DNA from: Pyrinomonadaceae bacterium
GTDB lineage: Bacteria > Acidobacteriota > Blastocatellia > Pyrinomonadales > Pyrinomonadaceae
Direction of reading: 5' to 3'
DNA: 64,000 bases
Assembly: GCA_036389375.1 (NCBI GenBank)
Contig: DASVQA010000076.1
Span: 2,669-66,668 of the forward strand
Shown: in pieces, positions 37,191 through 46,785 of the stretch
Layout of the letters: every line of letters starts with the position of its first letter
How positions within the stretch are numbered: position 1 is the first letter of the stretch
Notes under the pieces: model-generated
Database searches by the model: none
Told to the model about the DNA's origin: nothing
The model's input: the letters and a program-made list of their open reading frames with translations, nothing else
Position numbers and translations under genes: made by a program

Positions 37191-37595
37191 GCTCGTCACA
37201 CTCCTCACACCCTCATACGGTCGCATCGCGCCGCACGTTCCCGCAGAAATAGTAGCACAGCGCCCGACGTAAGGCGCAGCGCACTCATCGGGGCGCGTAG
37301 GGGCATAGCCGGGCGTGTGTTATAGTCGAATCGTTCGCGCGCCTTTGTTCTTTAGACAATCTACTCTCGACATCGGGATTTGCGCTTCGTCCTTCTCCTT
37401 GTGCCGTCTGTTGTTTTGCACATGCACACGTGCTTCAAGGAGCCGATGTCAACACCCACACCAGCAAATAATTCAAACGCCAACGGACGACCAAGCAGAT
37501 GCCCTGTGCCCGGCATAGGTGTCCTTGGCTATTAGCGTCAGGCAGTCGCCACGCGCCGCGCAAGCGCGCAATTAGCTTTGGCAGAATAGGAAAAG

Positions 37596-37838
37596 ATGAA
37601 TCAGCCGCAAAGAACGCAAGCGCCGCAAACGTGTGCATGGTGCGCGGGCACGGGGAAGCGGGCCGTTTCGATGGGCTACGTCATCTCGTGTCTGGTCTGC
37701 GGCGGCAAGGGCAACGTGCTGATCGCGCAACCCGCCGGCCAGTGCCTGCAATGCGGCGGCTCCGGCCGGCGCAACGTGACCAGCCCATGCCTGACCTGCG
37801 CCGGCACGGGCTGGGGGCGCGTCTTCAGTCAGAACTGA
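37596..37838 (+). CDS. Stand-alone DnaJ-type zinc-finger mini-protein (4x CxxCxGxG)
   Basis: CAWCAGTG, CLVCGGKG, CLQCGGSG, CLTCAGTG within 80 aa. Confidence 0.7.
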   Translation: MNQPQRTQAPQTCAWCAGTGKRAVSMGYVISCLVCGGKGNVLIAQPAGQCLQCGGSGRRNVTSPCLTCAGTGWGRVFSQN

Positions 37839-37925
37839 GGCGGGCCGGGCAGAGGGCCCGTCTTTTAACTTTGGTCGCCCAAGTCGGCGCAATTAACAGT
37901 GCTCTCAGGAGTCTTAAGCAACCTT

Positions 37926-38213
37926 ATGGCTGTAACAAACAAAGTCGCGCGCGCCGAGCGCAGCGATCTCGCATCAGGGGAACAATGGCCGGGCATCGTC
38001 TCCCGCTTTCAACTTATCATCCTCGCGGCCCAACGGAATAAACAACTGCTGCGCGGCGCGCGCCCGCGCATCGAGGCCGACACGCTCAGGCGACGCAATA
38101 CCAGCATCGCGCTGGAAGAGGTCAGGCAGGGGCTTGTGCCCTTCACGAACGATAGCAAAGAGCGCGGCCCTGCCCTCGCCGAGACCGAGGCGCAGCCGGA
38201 TACGTTGTTATGA
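37926..38213 (+). CDS. rpoZ: DNA-directed RNA polymerase omega subunit
   Basis: ...SRFQLIILAAQRNKQLLRGARPRIE....NTSIALEEVRQGLV matches the RpoZ core (NRF.L...A..RA.QL ... A..E...G). Confidence 0.75.
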   Translation: MAVTNKVARAERSDLASGEQWPGIVSRFQLIILAAQRNKQLLRGARPRIEADTLRRRNTSIALEEVRQGLVPFTNDSKERGPALAETEAQPDTLL

Positions 38214-38271
38214 GCAGGCGCAACGCCGCTCCGTTCCCCTGATTGCAAGTCCGAGGTTAACTATCAAGACG

Positions 38272-38520
38272 GTGAGGCTGAAAGAGTTGCGGGTCTATAT
38301 CAACCCGGCGGGCGCAGACGCGCTGGCGAAGCACGGCGTGTTCTACAGTCGGCGCGCGGACGGCCCCTACTATCGCTGGCTCTTTGAGGAAGGACAGGCG
38401 CAATGGTGTTGCTCCCGCGTCCACCTGCCGAACCTGACGCTCAAGACGCTCCGCATCGCACACTGGCAGACCGTGCCGGACGCGTTACGGGAGACGCTGA
38501 TTGAATACTATGCGGAATAG
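38272..38520 (+). CDS. Hypothetical small protein (start uncertain: GTG 38272 or TTG about 38287)
   Basis: ...LRVYINPAGADALAKHGVFYSRRADGPYYRWLFEEGQAQWCCSRVHLPNLTLKTL.... No family recognised. Confidence 0.4.
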   Translation: MRLKELRVYINPAGADALAKHGVFYSRRADGPYYRWLFEEGQAQWCCSRVHLPNLTLKTLRIAHWQTVPDALRETLIEYYAE

Positions 38521-38655
38521 GCGCGGCCCGAGCCGCCGCACCCCGCGCTTGCGTTTAAGGGATAATGCGCCGGCAAATTCGCGTCGCCGCCAGCAGGCCC
38601 GTGCGTTAGCCGGTACAATAAACGGACTGAAGCCTGTGCAACCGCTCCCTCCGGT

Positions 38656-38685
38656 TTGTACGCTAGAGCACATAACTGTTATATT
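38656..38685 (+). promoter_or_regulatory. Candidate promoter for the radical SAM gene
   Basis: TTGTAC (38656-61), then an extended -10 TGtTATATT (TG 38677-78, TATATT 38680-85). This leaves an AT-rich leader of about 130 nt. Confidence 0.4.
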
Positions 38686-38820
38686 CACCCAGGACGATCA
38701 TCTTTCGACATCTGGATCGAGTTCTCACGATCTCCCTCCTTTTGCCGTCAGTTATTTGTTTCCGGCAACCCCCTCAAGTTCATTAAAATTTCAACCTGCA
38801 AAACATAGCAGAGAACTATT

Positions 38821-40401
38821 ATGAAAATTCTACTCTACAACCCTGACAACGGCGTGACGCGCAATTTCATGCCGCATCTTTGGATGTTCCTCCTGCAAGC
38901 CCTCACGCCGCCCGGCCACGAGGTCATACTGGTGGACGGCAACGCGCGCGCGATGAACGATGAGGAACTCGTCCGCTTTGTGCGTGCAGAGGGCATCGGG
39001 CTTGTCGGCATCGGCGCGATGACGCGGATGGTGGCGAAGGCTTATCGCGTCGCCGACGCGGTGCGTGCGGCAGGCGTGCCGGTCGTCATGGGCGGGCCGC
39101 ACGTGACGGAAGTGCCGGACGAAGCGCTTGGCCGGAGCGGCGGGCCGCGCCATGCCGATGCCGTCGCGCTCGGCGAAGCCGACGAGACTTGGCCACGGAT
39201 CGTGGAAGACGCGGCGCGCGGCGAACTCAAAGAGGTCTATCAGCCGATTGACGAGACGGGCAAAGAGCGTAAGCCGAGTCTTGGCAATTATCCGGCGATC
39301 CCCTGGGAGTCGTTAAATCTCGATCAGTTCAACATCGCGCCGCGCGTCCTGCGCCCGCTGCTCAAGCGCGTGGGGCCGGGTTGGAGCACAATTCGCATCG
39401 TGCCGATTGAATCGGGGCGGGGCTGCCCTTATGGCTGCGAGTTCTGCACCGTCACGGGCTTTTTCGGTGATTCCATCCGCTTCCGCAGCAATCAGAGCAT
39501 CGTGGACGAACTGCTCAGGTTGAAAGCGCGCGCCAAACGTGAAGGCGGCCGCACCTCCGTCTTCTTCGTGGACGACAATTTCGCCATCAACATCAAGCGC
39601 ACCAAGTCGCTCCTGCGCGACATCATCGCGGCCGACGCGCAACTGCCTTGGACGGCGCAGATCAGCGCGAATCTGTTGCGCGATGAAGAACTGGTCGATC
39701 TGATTGCGGCGGCGGGTGGCATGGTCATCTTCATCGGCATGGAGTCAATCGATCCGGTCAACCTCGCCGACGTGAACAAGGGCTTCAACAAGCCGAACGA
39801 ATACGCGGCGGTGCTCAACCGGCTTGCCGAGCGCGACATCTACGCGATCACGTCCTTCATCTTCGGCATGGATAACGACACGCCCGGCGTCGCCGACCGC
39901 ACGCTCGAACAGATTCGCACTTGGCCGCCGGGCCTCCCCGTCTTCGGCCAACTCACGCCCTTTCCCGCCACGCCGCTCTACGACCGCTTACAGAAAGCCG
40001 GGCGCTTGACGCGCCCGACGCACTGGCTCGATTTTGCGCCGTACAAGATGGCCCACACGCCGCTCAAGATGACAATCGCCGAGGCGCAGGCCGAACTAGA
40101 ACACGCGTGGGTCTCTTCCTATAGCCCGGAGCGGATCGCCGAAGCCCTCGACTCGATCAGTCACAAGTCGGTCGGCTGGCGCATCTACCACTTCGTCCTG
40201 CGGCTCTCGTTTCGCGGCATCTACTTCCCGCAGATGGGCTGGCGTTCATGGCTGAAGGTGGTGGCGCAGAACCGGCGCACGATCTATCGGCTGACGACGG
40301 AGGCGGTGAGTACCTACCGTGCCGCGCGCAAGCGCAAGGCCGTGAGCGGCGCGCCAGCGCGGCCCGCGCACAGTACGAACGAGGCCACGCAAGATCGCTA
40401 A
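38821..40401 (+). CDS. B12-binding-domain radical SAM enzyme (class B type); substrate unknown
   Basis: N-terminal MKILLYNP...GHEVILVDGN...VGIGAMT...VVMGGPH Rossmann-like B12 domain. GRGCPYGCEFCTV gives CxxxCxxC. 526 aa. Confidence 0.85.
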   Translation: MKILLYNPDNGVTRNFMPHLWMFLLQALTPPGHEVILVDGNARAMNDEELVRFVRAEGIGLVGIGAMTRMVAKAYRVADAVRAAGVPVVMGGPHVTEVPDEALGRSGGPRHADAVALGEADETWPRIVEDAARGELKEVYQPIDETGKERKPSLGNYPAIPWESLNLDQFNIAPRVLRPLLKRVGPGWSTIRIVPIESGRGCPYGCEFCTVTGFFGDSIRFRSNQSIVDELLRLKARAKREGGRTSVFFVDDNFAINIKRTKSLLRDIIAADAQLPWTAQISANLLRDEELVDLIAAAGGMVIFIGMESIDPVNLADVNKGFNKPNEYAAVLNRLAERDIYAITSFIFGMDNDTPGVADRTLEQIRTWPPGLPVFGQLTPFPATPLYDRLQKAGRLTRPTHWLDFAPYKMAHTPLKMTIAEAQAELEHAWVSSYSPERIAEALDSISHKSVGWRIYHFVLRLSFRGIYFPQMGWRSWLKVVAQNRRTIYRLTTEAVSTYRAARKRKAVSGAPARPAHSTNEATQDR

Positions 40402-40649
40402 GAAGTGATGTGCATCACGTCTTCCCGCTCGTGAGTGACCACTGAGAAGGCCACAAATGCGCCCATGCCGCACGCGACTAAAGCGGCGAGGATCGCCAGC
40501 CCCAAATTCAGGCCGCCCCCCTGCGGATCGAGTTTCCCCGCCATATCTCTGAATTGCACGAACAGGTAAAATTGCCAGACGGCCACTAAGGCGCTCGCCC
40601 CCGCGATGAGCGCGCAGACCACGCGTAGCGAGTTGTTTAATTTGATCAT
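40398..40649 (-). CDS. Small two-TM membrane protein
   Basis: MIKLNNSLRVVCALIAGASALVAVWQFYLF...LGLAILAALVACGMGAFVAF. Its stop overlaps the stop of the convergent radical SAM gene. Confidence 0.5.
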   Translation of the reverse strand: MIKLNNSLRVVCALIAGASALVAVWQFYLFVQFRDMAGKLDPQGGGLNLGLAILAALVACGMGAFVAFSVVTHEREDVMHITS

Positions 40650-40956
40650 AACCGGCCCCCGAAGCGCGCACAGCGCGCGACTGCTGTAACACGGGCCGCA
40701 ATAGCCCTGTCATGCGCGTGCGCTGATCGCTATCAAAGCTGTGGACTTCAGTGGGTCTGGGGAATTCCAGAGAGACTGAGAAGGGAGCGAGCTAAACTCG
40801 GTTCGCTATCATCTTACCCGTAAGCAAGGTAGAAGTCCACGCGCTGCCTTGGGGAAAGTTGCGTGCGAGTTGCCGTGCGTCATCTGTTAGTCGCCGGCTT
40901 GGGCCCGGTCTTAAGGCTCGTCCGCAGATAGATTGAACACTACAAGGGAGAATTTT

Positions 40957-41808
40957 TTGCTCAAAGAACGCACTTCATATTTGGCCTTCGCAGGCCGGGC
41001 GGGTAGTCTGCCCCGGCTCAACTGGACGCATAGCGCGCTCGTCGTCGGGCTGCACGCCTGCGGGCTGCTTGGCCTCTGGTTCTGGCCGCGGCGCATAGAC
41101 CTCGTCCTGTTTTTTACCTTCTACCTGCTCACGACCTTCGCGATCAGCATCGGCTATCACCGGTTATTCACGCATCATGGCTTTCGTTGTCAGCGCTGGC
41201 TGCGGCGGGCGCTGGCTTGGACGGGCGCGGCGGCGCTACAGGGCGGCCCGGCGCGTTGGGTGGCGATTCATCGTCGCCATCACCGCATGGCCGATCAGCA
41301 GGGCGACCCGCACACGCCGTTGCGCGGCTTTCTGCACGCGCACATGGGCTGGATCATGTGCCGCGACGAGCAAGAGGGATGCGATTATCGTCAGTTAGTG
41401 CCGGACGTGTCGGGCGGCGACGGCTGGATGCGCGTGCTTGATCGCGGCGCGCTGTTCATGTTGCCGGGGTTGCTGGCGGCGCTCGTCTGTTACGCCATTG
41501 CGGGCTGGCGCGGCGTGCTCTGGGGCGCGGTGCTGCGCACGCTGAGCCTGTGGCATCTGACGTGGTGCATCAACAGCGTCTGCCACGTCTGGGGTCGCCG
41601 CCCGAACCAGACGCGCGACGAAAGCCGCAACGTCTGGTGGCTTGGGCTGCTGACGATGGGCGAAGGCTGGCACAACAACCACCATGCGCGCCCGGCCGCC
41701 GCCATGCACGGCTGGCGCTGGTACGAAGTTGATTTCTCAGGTTACGCGATCCGACTGCTCGCGCGGCTCGGCCTCGTCTGGGCCGTCATCCGTGCGCCGC
41801 AGAGTTAG
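40957..41808 (+). CDS. Membrane acyl-CoA/acyl-lipid desaturase (delta-9 type)
   Basis: His boxes HRLFTHH, HRRHHRMADQQGDPHTP, GEGWHNNHHARP. TTG 40957 follows a GGGAG Shine-Dalgarno. Confidence 0.85.
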   Translation: MLKERTSYLAFAGRAGSLPRLNWTHSALVVGLHACGLLGLWFWPRRIDLVLFFTFYLLTTFAISIGYHRLFTHHGFRCQRWLRRALAWTGAAALQGGPARWVAIHRRHHRMADQQGDPHTPLRGFLHAHMGWIMCRDEQEGCDYRQLVPDVSGGDGWMRVLDRGALFMLPGLLAALVCYAIAGWRGVLWGAVLRTLSLWHLTWCINSVCHVWGRRPNQTRDESRNVWWLGLLTMGEGWHNNHHARPAAAMHGWRWYEVDFSGYAIRLLARLGLVWAVIRAPQS

Positions 41809-41837
41809 CGGCGCGCAGGTTTCATAGCCTGCGAACG

Positions 41838-42614
41838 TTATGCGCCGAGCGCATCTTTCACCGTCGGCCACATCATCTTGGCCCAATACTCGTAACCCTC
41901 GTCGCTTGGGTGGAAGCCGTCGGCCGAGAAGAACTCAGGATGCGCAGGGATGATCTCGCGGCTGAGCTTATAGGCATCAACCAGTTTGACGCCGCGCCGC
42001 GCCGCGATCTCGTCAATGCGTGCGTTAAAGAGTCCGATGCGGCGCGCGACCTCTGCGCGGGCATATTCGGGCACGGCGGGCGCGGGCGCGATGTCGGGGA
42101 TGTTGGTGGCGACGATGGGCACGCCGGTCGCGCGTTGCAGGCGCGTGATGATCTCCTCGTAGTTCTGCGCGAAGCGTTCGACGGGGACGTTGTTGGTCAG
42201 GTCGTTGATGCCGATGCCGACGGTGATGATGGTCGGCTGCGCGGCGACGACGCGAGGCAACTGGCCGCGCAGCACATCGTCCGTGCGCGCCCCGCTCACG
42301 CACAGGTTTACCACGCGCGCGCCGGGCCGGACGCGCTCGATGCGTGTCAGCAGCCGCGCCACGTAGCCGCCGCCTTGGCGCGCGCCCATGCCTACGCCGG
42401 TCGAATCACCGAGCGCCACATAGACGACCGGCGCGCTAATCCTCTCAGCCGCTTGCTGCGGCTCGTTCACCCCAACAGCCCCCATGTTCGTCTCCCCTCC
42501 ATGCAAATGCTCCGTCAAGCGCGCGCACGCGCCGCTGCCGAGCGCCAGCAGACCGATTAACGCCGCGCGCATCAATGTGCGGCGCGCGGTCTTGACACAA
42601 TCACCCTTGTGCAT
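41838..42614 (-). CDS. Secreted SGNH/GDSL hydrolase
   Basis: Signal/lipobox LLALGSGAC; VALGDSTGVG (GDS block), GINDL, DGFHPS. The N-terminal 100 aa of the track ORF is rejected. Confidence 0.75.
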   Translation of the reverse strand: MHKGDCVKTARRTLMRAALIGLLALGSGACARLTEHLHGGETNMGAVGVNEPQQAAERISAPVVYVALGDSTGVGMGARQGGGYVARLLTRIERVRPGARVVNLCVSGARTDDVLRGQLPRVVAAQPTIITVGIGINDLTNNVPVERFAQNYEEIITRLQRATGVPIVATNIPDIAPAPAVPEYARAEVARRIGLFNARIDEIAARRGVKLVDAYKLSREIIPAHPEFFSADGFHPSDEGYEYWAKMMWPTVKDALGA

Positions 42615-42661
42615 CGTTCCTGCCCCCTTGCTCGTGCCTCTTGTTCGTTCCCTTGCGCTGT

Positions 42662-45490
42662 TCAGAATAGTTCGTCTGAGCGCACCGGCTCGCGCAGGAT
42701 GAGTTCCGCCGCGCGGCGTGCGACTTCGGCCGCCTGCGGGTGCGTCGTGCCCAGCCCGGCGATCTGCAAGAGCGATTCGCCGGTGCGCGAGAGCAGGCGG
42801 AAGAGGTCGCCCTCTTCGGCGCGCGTCTCGTGGACGAGCGTGCTCCACGTCGCCCCTTGCGTCCAACGCGCGGCGGTCGCGGCGGCCGAGAAGTTCAACC
42901 CCTCGACCGGCTCGATCTCGTGTCGCCATTCGACGCTCGCCACGTCGTAAGCCGTCTGCTCAAACTTCGCAAGCGCGACGACGATCTGATCGTCTAAGGC
43001 CAACTGACCATAATCGCGGTCAGGATCGGCGGCGAGCGCGGCGACGAGCGCGGCGGCGCGTGGCGGATCAAGTTGCGCGAAGAGGCCGCGCGTGATGGCT
43101 TCGCCGACGAGGAGCGGGCGGTCTAACCGCAGGTCGGCGAGCCAGCGCCCGCGTTCGGTGACGCGCTCTGCTGTGTAATCGAGATAGCCGAAATGATCGA
43201 GCACGCGCGCGCGCCGCTCGAACGGTTGCCAGACCTCCGCGAGCAACGCTTCGATGCGGCGCTCCATGCGGCGGAAGTTCGCGGCGTCAGGCATCGTCGT
43301 CCACAAGGTCTGCTCGCAGAGCGCGCGCGCCGCTTCGTCCGTCTCGATGGAGAGGTCTGTGCTGAGCAGCCTGTCCACTAGGCTGTCAATCAACGCGGCG
43401 GCTTCGTCCACGTCGGCGCGTGCTTCGCGCAGGCGCGGCTCGCGCAGCGCGACGGCGCGGCCCGCCCGCACGTCGGCAAACGCCGCGTCGCGCGCGTTCT
43501 CCGTGAGCGGGTAAATCTCTTCATAGACGCGCCCCACGCGTTCGAGCGCGAGCGTGGCGCGGCGGCCGTCCTCGCGCACGCCGCCCAGACTGCCCTCGCG
43601 CCGTTCCATGACGAAGACCAGACGCTTGCCGCTGCGCCCGATGCCGACGACGCGCCCGGGCACAACCGCCTTGTCGAGCCAGCCGAGATAGACTTCGGCG
43701 CGCGTCTGCGGCGCGTCGCCGTAGAGCCGTTCGCGCGCGCTCATCAGGCGCTCGAAGCCGAGCGCGACGGCGAGCGGCCACTGGCAGCCGGTCGTCCGCA
43801 ACGTCTGTTCAATCCGTAGCCCGCACTCGTCGCGCTCGCGCTCAAGGCGCGTGACGCGCTCGACCGTCTCACGATAGGCAAAGCTGCGCGCGGCGATCTC
43901 GCGCACGTGCGCGAAGCCGCCGTAAGCGTCGAGCAGATTCAGGAGCGTCGTGTAGGTTGCGCGAAACTGGCTCTCAAGCGGATCGGGCGGCGCTTGCAGG
44001 AGCGCGGCGAGCGTGCGCGGGTCTTGATGCAAGCCGGGCGCGGCGACGACGAAGCCGACGTTGTCGCGGCTGCGGCGACCTGCGCGCCCCGTCATCTGTT
44101 GCAACTCGGAGGCCGACAAAGGCCGCCAGCCGTGCCCCGTGCGCGCGTCCATGTTGCTTAAGACGACCGTGCGCGCGGGGAAGTCCACGCCCGCCGCGAC
44201 GGTCGCCGTCGCAAAGATGGCGTCGAGCAGACCGGCGCTCATCAACTTTTCAATAGCGAGCTTCCAGGCGGGCAAGTGACCGGCGTGGTGCGCCGCGACG
44301 CCGCCGCGCACGACCGTCTGCCAGTGCCTGTGCTTGCGCACCTCGGCGTGCGTCTCTGCGAACTCGCTGAGAAACGCGAGTCGTGCGGCGCGGCGTTCGT
44401 TGTCACGCGCCGGGCGGGGCAAACCGTGCGCGGCTTCCACGGCCGCTTCGTCGCAGCGCCGCCGCGTGGGCAGAAAGACGATGGCGGGCAGCAGATCGTA
44501 AGCACCGAGCGCGGCGAGCAGGCTGGCGGGCGGCATCTCCGGCATGTGCATCTTCGTCAGCCCGCGCGGCTCACGCCGCGCGCCGCTCCAACGCGCACCT
44601 TGTCGTTGCGCGTGCGCTTGTTCGAGAAACTGCGCGAGTTCAGGATTGAAACGGCCGTGCTCATCAAAGAGCGCGGCGAGTTGGCCGTCCGGGTAGAGAA
44701 AGGCCGCGCGCAAGGGGACGGGGCGCGCGCCCGGTCGCCCGACGACGCCGCAACGCACGCCGCGCACCTCCGCGATCCACGCGGCGAACTCGGCCGCATT
44801 GCCGACCGTCGCGGACAAGAGCAGCAGACGCACGCGCGGCGGCGTCAAGATGATCGCCTCTTCCCAGACGTGCCCGCGCTCCTCGTCAGCCAGATAGTGC
44901 GCCTCGTCCATCACGACGAGGTCGGCGCGCAGTTCGCGCCCCTCGCGCAGCGCGTCGAAGAGTTGATTGCGATAGACCTCGGTTGTGCCGACGACGAGCG
45001 CCGCGTCCGCGTTCTCCTTGCGGTCGCCCGTGAGTATGCCGACCGACGTGCGGCCAAAGGCTTCGGCAAACTCCTGATACTTCGAGTTGGTCAACGCCTT
45101 CAAAGGGCTGGTGTACCAGACGCGCCGACCGGCGGCGAGCAGCCGCCTGATCTCTTCGCGCGCGATCCAGGTCTTCCCGCTGCCGGTCGGCGCGGTCACA
45201 AGCACGTCCTCGTGTTCCACGGCCGCGAGTGCTTCGAGTTGGAACGGATCAGGCTTGAACGGCGCGGGCGGCGGCGTGCCGATGCCTTCGAGCAGACGAC
45301 GCACGGGGCGTGCGCGCAGCGCGCGCGCGGCCGTGGCGCTGACCGAGCCGGTTTCGGCGTGCGCCGGTTTCGCGCCCGCCTCACGCCCGCGCCCGCCATC
45401 ATTTCGGCGTGCTCCGTCATGTCCCTGCTCGGCGTGCCGTCTGCGCCGCGCGGGGCTGCGCTGGCGTCCCGTTCCGCGAAAGCGTGCCAT
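42662..45490 (-). CDS. Ski2/HelY-like DExH-box helicase
   Basis: APTGSGKTW, TSPLKALTNSKY, DEAHY, SAT, VAAHHAGHLPAWK...FATATVAAGVDFPARTVV, QMTGRAGRR, plus a C-terminal helical region. Confidence 0.85.
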   Translation of the reverse strand: MARFRGTGRQRSPARRRRHAEQGHDGARRNDGGRGREAGAKPAHAETGSVSATAARALRARPVRRLLEGIGTPPPAPFKPDPFQLEALAAVEHEDVLVTAPTGSGKTWIAREEIRRLLAAGRRVWYTSPLKALTNSKYQEFAEAFGRTSVGILTGDRKENADAALVVGTTEVYRNQLFDALREGRELRADLVVMDEAHYLADEERGHVWEEAIILTPPRVRLLLLSATVGNAAEFAAWIAEVRGVRCGVVGRPGARPVPLRAAFLYPDGQLAALFDEHGRFNPELAQFLEQAHAQRQGARWSGARREPRGLTKMHMPEMPPASLLAALGAYDLLPAIVFLPTRRRCDEAAVEAAHGLPRPARDNERRAARLAFLSEFAETHAEVRKHRHWQTVVRGGVAAHHAGHLPAWKLAIEKLMSAGLLDAIFATATVAAGVDFPARTVVLSNMDARTGHGWRPLSASELQQMTGRAGRRSRDNVGFVVAAPGLHQDPRTLAALLQAPPDPLESQFRATYTTLLNLLDAYGGFAHVREIAARSFAYRETVERVTRLERERDECGLRIEQTLRTTGCQWPLAVALGFERLMSARERLYGDAPQTRAEVYLGWLDKAVVPGRVVGIGRSGKRLVFVMERREGSLGGVREDGRRATLALERVGRVYEEIYPLTENARDAAFADVRAGRAVALREPRLREARADVDEAAALIDSLVDRLLSTDLSIETDEAARALCEQTLWTTMPDAANFRRMERRIEALLAEVWQPFERRARVLDHFGYLDYTAERVTERGRWLADLRLDRPLLVGEAITRGLFAQLDPPRAAALVAALAADPDRDYGQLALDDQIVVALAKFEQTAYDVASVEWRHEIEPVEGLNFSAAATAARWTQGATWSTLVHETRAEEGDLFRLLSRTGESLLQIAGLGTTHPQAAEVARRAAELILREPVRSDELF

Positions 45491-45653
45491 GATGCGGGAT
45501 TCTAACGCAGGGGCATTGTGAAACGGTCACGGCCGGTGGTAAGTTTGTGCCTCCCCCGTCGCAACGTTCGGCTAGGCTGGCACGTCTAATACAGGTGCGG
45601 TGTGCGCCCGTAAGTTTTCGTGCCGCCCGCTTCAGCGCCCAAGTTTGCACGTT

Positions 45654-46742
45654 ATGGCAGAACTGTTCGCCGACCTAGACCTAGACCGCCGCGCGCCGCG
45701 CGGGGCACGCATGCTGCGCACTATCACCGGCTCGCTCGTGGTGCATACGATCTTCGTCCTGTGCCTCGTCTACGTGCCGGCCGTGCGCGACACGTTCCAA
45801 CTCGCCAGCACGCTCTCCGGCATCAGATTCGTGGATGAGGCTTACGACCGGACGGAAGTAGGCGAGCGCGCGGTGATGATTAAGGCCGACGACAAACTCT
45901 ACTATCCGGCGGGCTACTTCGAGCAGACCAACGCCGCTGCGCCCTTAGCGCCGCCACCGGCCGAGCCGCAGTTCGTCGCCGCCGTCCGACCACCAAAGCC
46001 GACGCCGACGCCGACGCCCGTGCCGACGCCCGCGCCGTCCGCATCGCCGTCGCCATCGCCTGCGTCGTCGCCGGAGGTCGCGCAGAACGGGGCGGCCAAG
46101 CCGGGCGCGTCGCCGGCTGCGTCGCCAAACGCGTCGCCCTCGCCAGTCGAGCCGCAGACGGCGGAAGAGGCCGAGCGTGCCTTGCAGGCCAACAGTCAGC
46201 CGAAGTTTCCGCCGATCAACGCGCGCCCCTTCACCGATCTGCTGCAAAAAGGGCAGCAGATGAAAGCGGCGGGCGAGATCGATCTCAACGGCACGTTGGA
46301 GTTGACGGTCGAAGCCGACCGCCACGCCGATGGCACGCTAGGGAACATCGAGATCACCGGCGGCTCGGTCAGCAACGCCAAGCTGAAAGAACTGGCCAAA
46401 GCGTTCATCGCGGCCTTGAGCGAGAGCAAGGCGCTCGCCGCGCTCGTCGATACAGAGCACCTGCGGATGCAGCTCAAGCTGGACGACAAAGAGGTGGACG
46501 TGCGGATCGTGACCGAGATGGAATCGGCCGATCTGGCCGCCAAGCGCGCGAACGGCTATCGCGGCGCGATCATGCTCGGCGCGTTCGCCAAGAAGGGCAA
46601 GGACGAAGAAGCCATCTTCAAGAATCTGCGCGTCACAGTCAACGATAAACAGGTCGGGCTGACGCTTAACATGCCGCGCCAAGCGGCGGGCGATCTTTTG
46701 TCCAAGCTGACAAAAAAAACTGAACCCGGCCCGACCAGCTAG
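45654..46742 (+). CDS. Membrane-anchored protein with Pro/Ser/Ala-rich linker (hypothetical)
   Basis: MAELFADLDL...TGSLVVHTIFVLCLVYV TM, then PKPTPTPTPVPTPAPSASPSPSP linker and a C-terminal globular part. Confidence 0.6.
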   Translation: MAELFADLDLDRRAPRGARMLRTITGSLVVHTIFVLCLVYVPAVRDTFQLASTLSGIRFVDEAYDRTEVGERAVMIKADDKLYYPAGYFEQTNAAAPLAPPPAEPQFVAAVRPPKPTPTPTPVPTPAPSASPSPSPASSPEVAQNGAAKPGASPAASPNASPSPVEPQTAEEAERALQANSQPKFPPINARPFTDLLQKGQQMKAAGEIDLNGTLELTVEADRHADGTLGNIEITGGSVSNAKLKELAKAFIAALSESKALAALVDTEHLRMQLKLDDKEVDVRIVTEMESADLAAKRANGYRGAIMLGAFAKKGKDEEAIFKNLRVTVNDKQVGLTLNMPRQAAGDLLSKLTKKTEPGPTS

Positions 46743-46785
46743 CGCGCTTCTGGCTGGTCGGGCCCGCTCTGTTAAAATCTGACCG

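Noticed and set aside
37227-37595. 370-bp non-coding region before the zinc-finger mini-protein, with the near-palindrome GCACATGCACACGTGC; considered as an RNA gene or operator.
   Set aside because: The palindrome is only about 12/16 symmetric. I could not see a promoter/terminator pair or a known RNA motif. Left unannotated.
38521-38820. Cobalamin riboswitch or a RiPP precursor peptide upstream of the B12-binding radical SAM gene (track ORF 38501-38824).
   Set aside because: I could not find a B12-box-like core or the conserved riboswitch helices by eye. The overlapping ORF is Arg/Pro/Ser-rich junk without a ribosome-binding site, and no short ORF with a plausible start was found. An Rfam scan would settle it.
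41838-45490. Ski2-like helicase considered as part of a Hachiman-type (HamA/HamB) or other defence pair.
   Set aside because: No DUF1837/HamA-like gene is adjacent. The neighbour is a secreted SGNH hydrolase with a signal peptide. The helicase has the full HelY-like housekeeping architecture.
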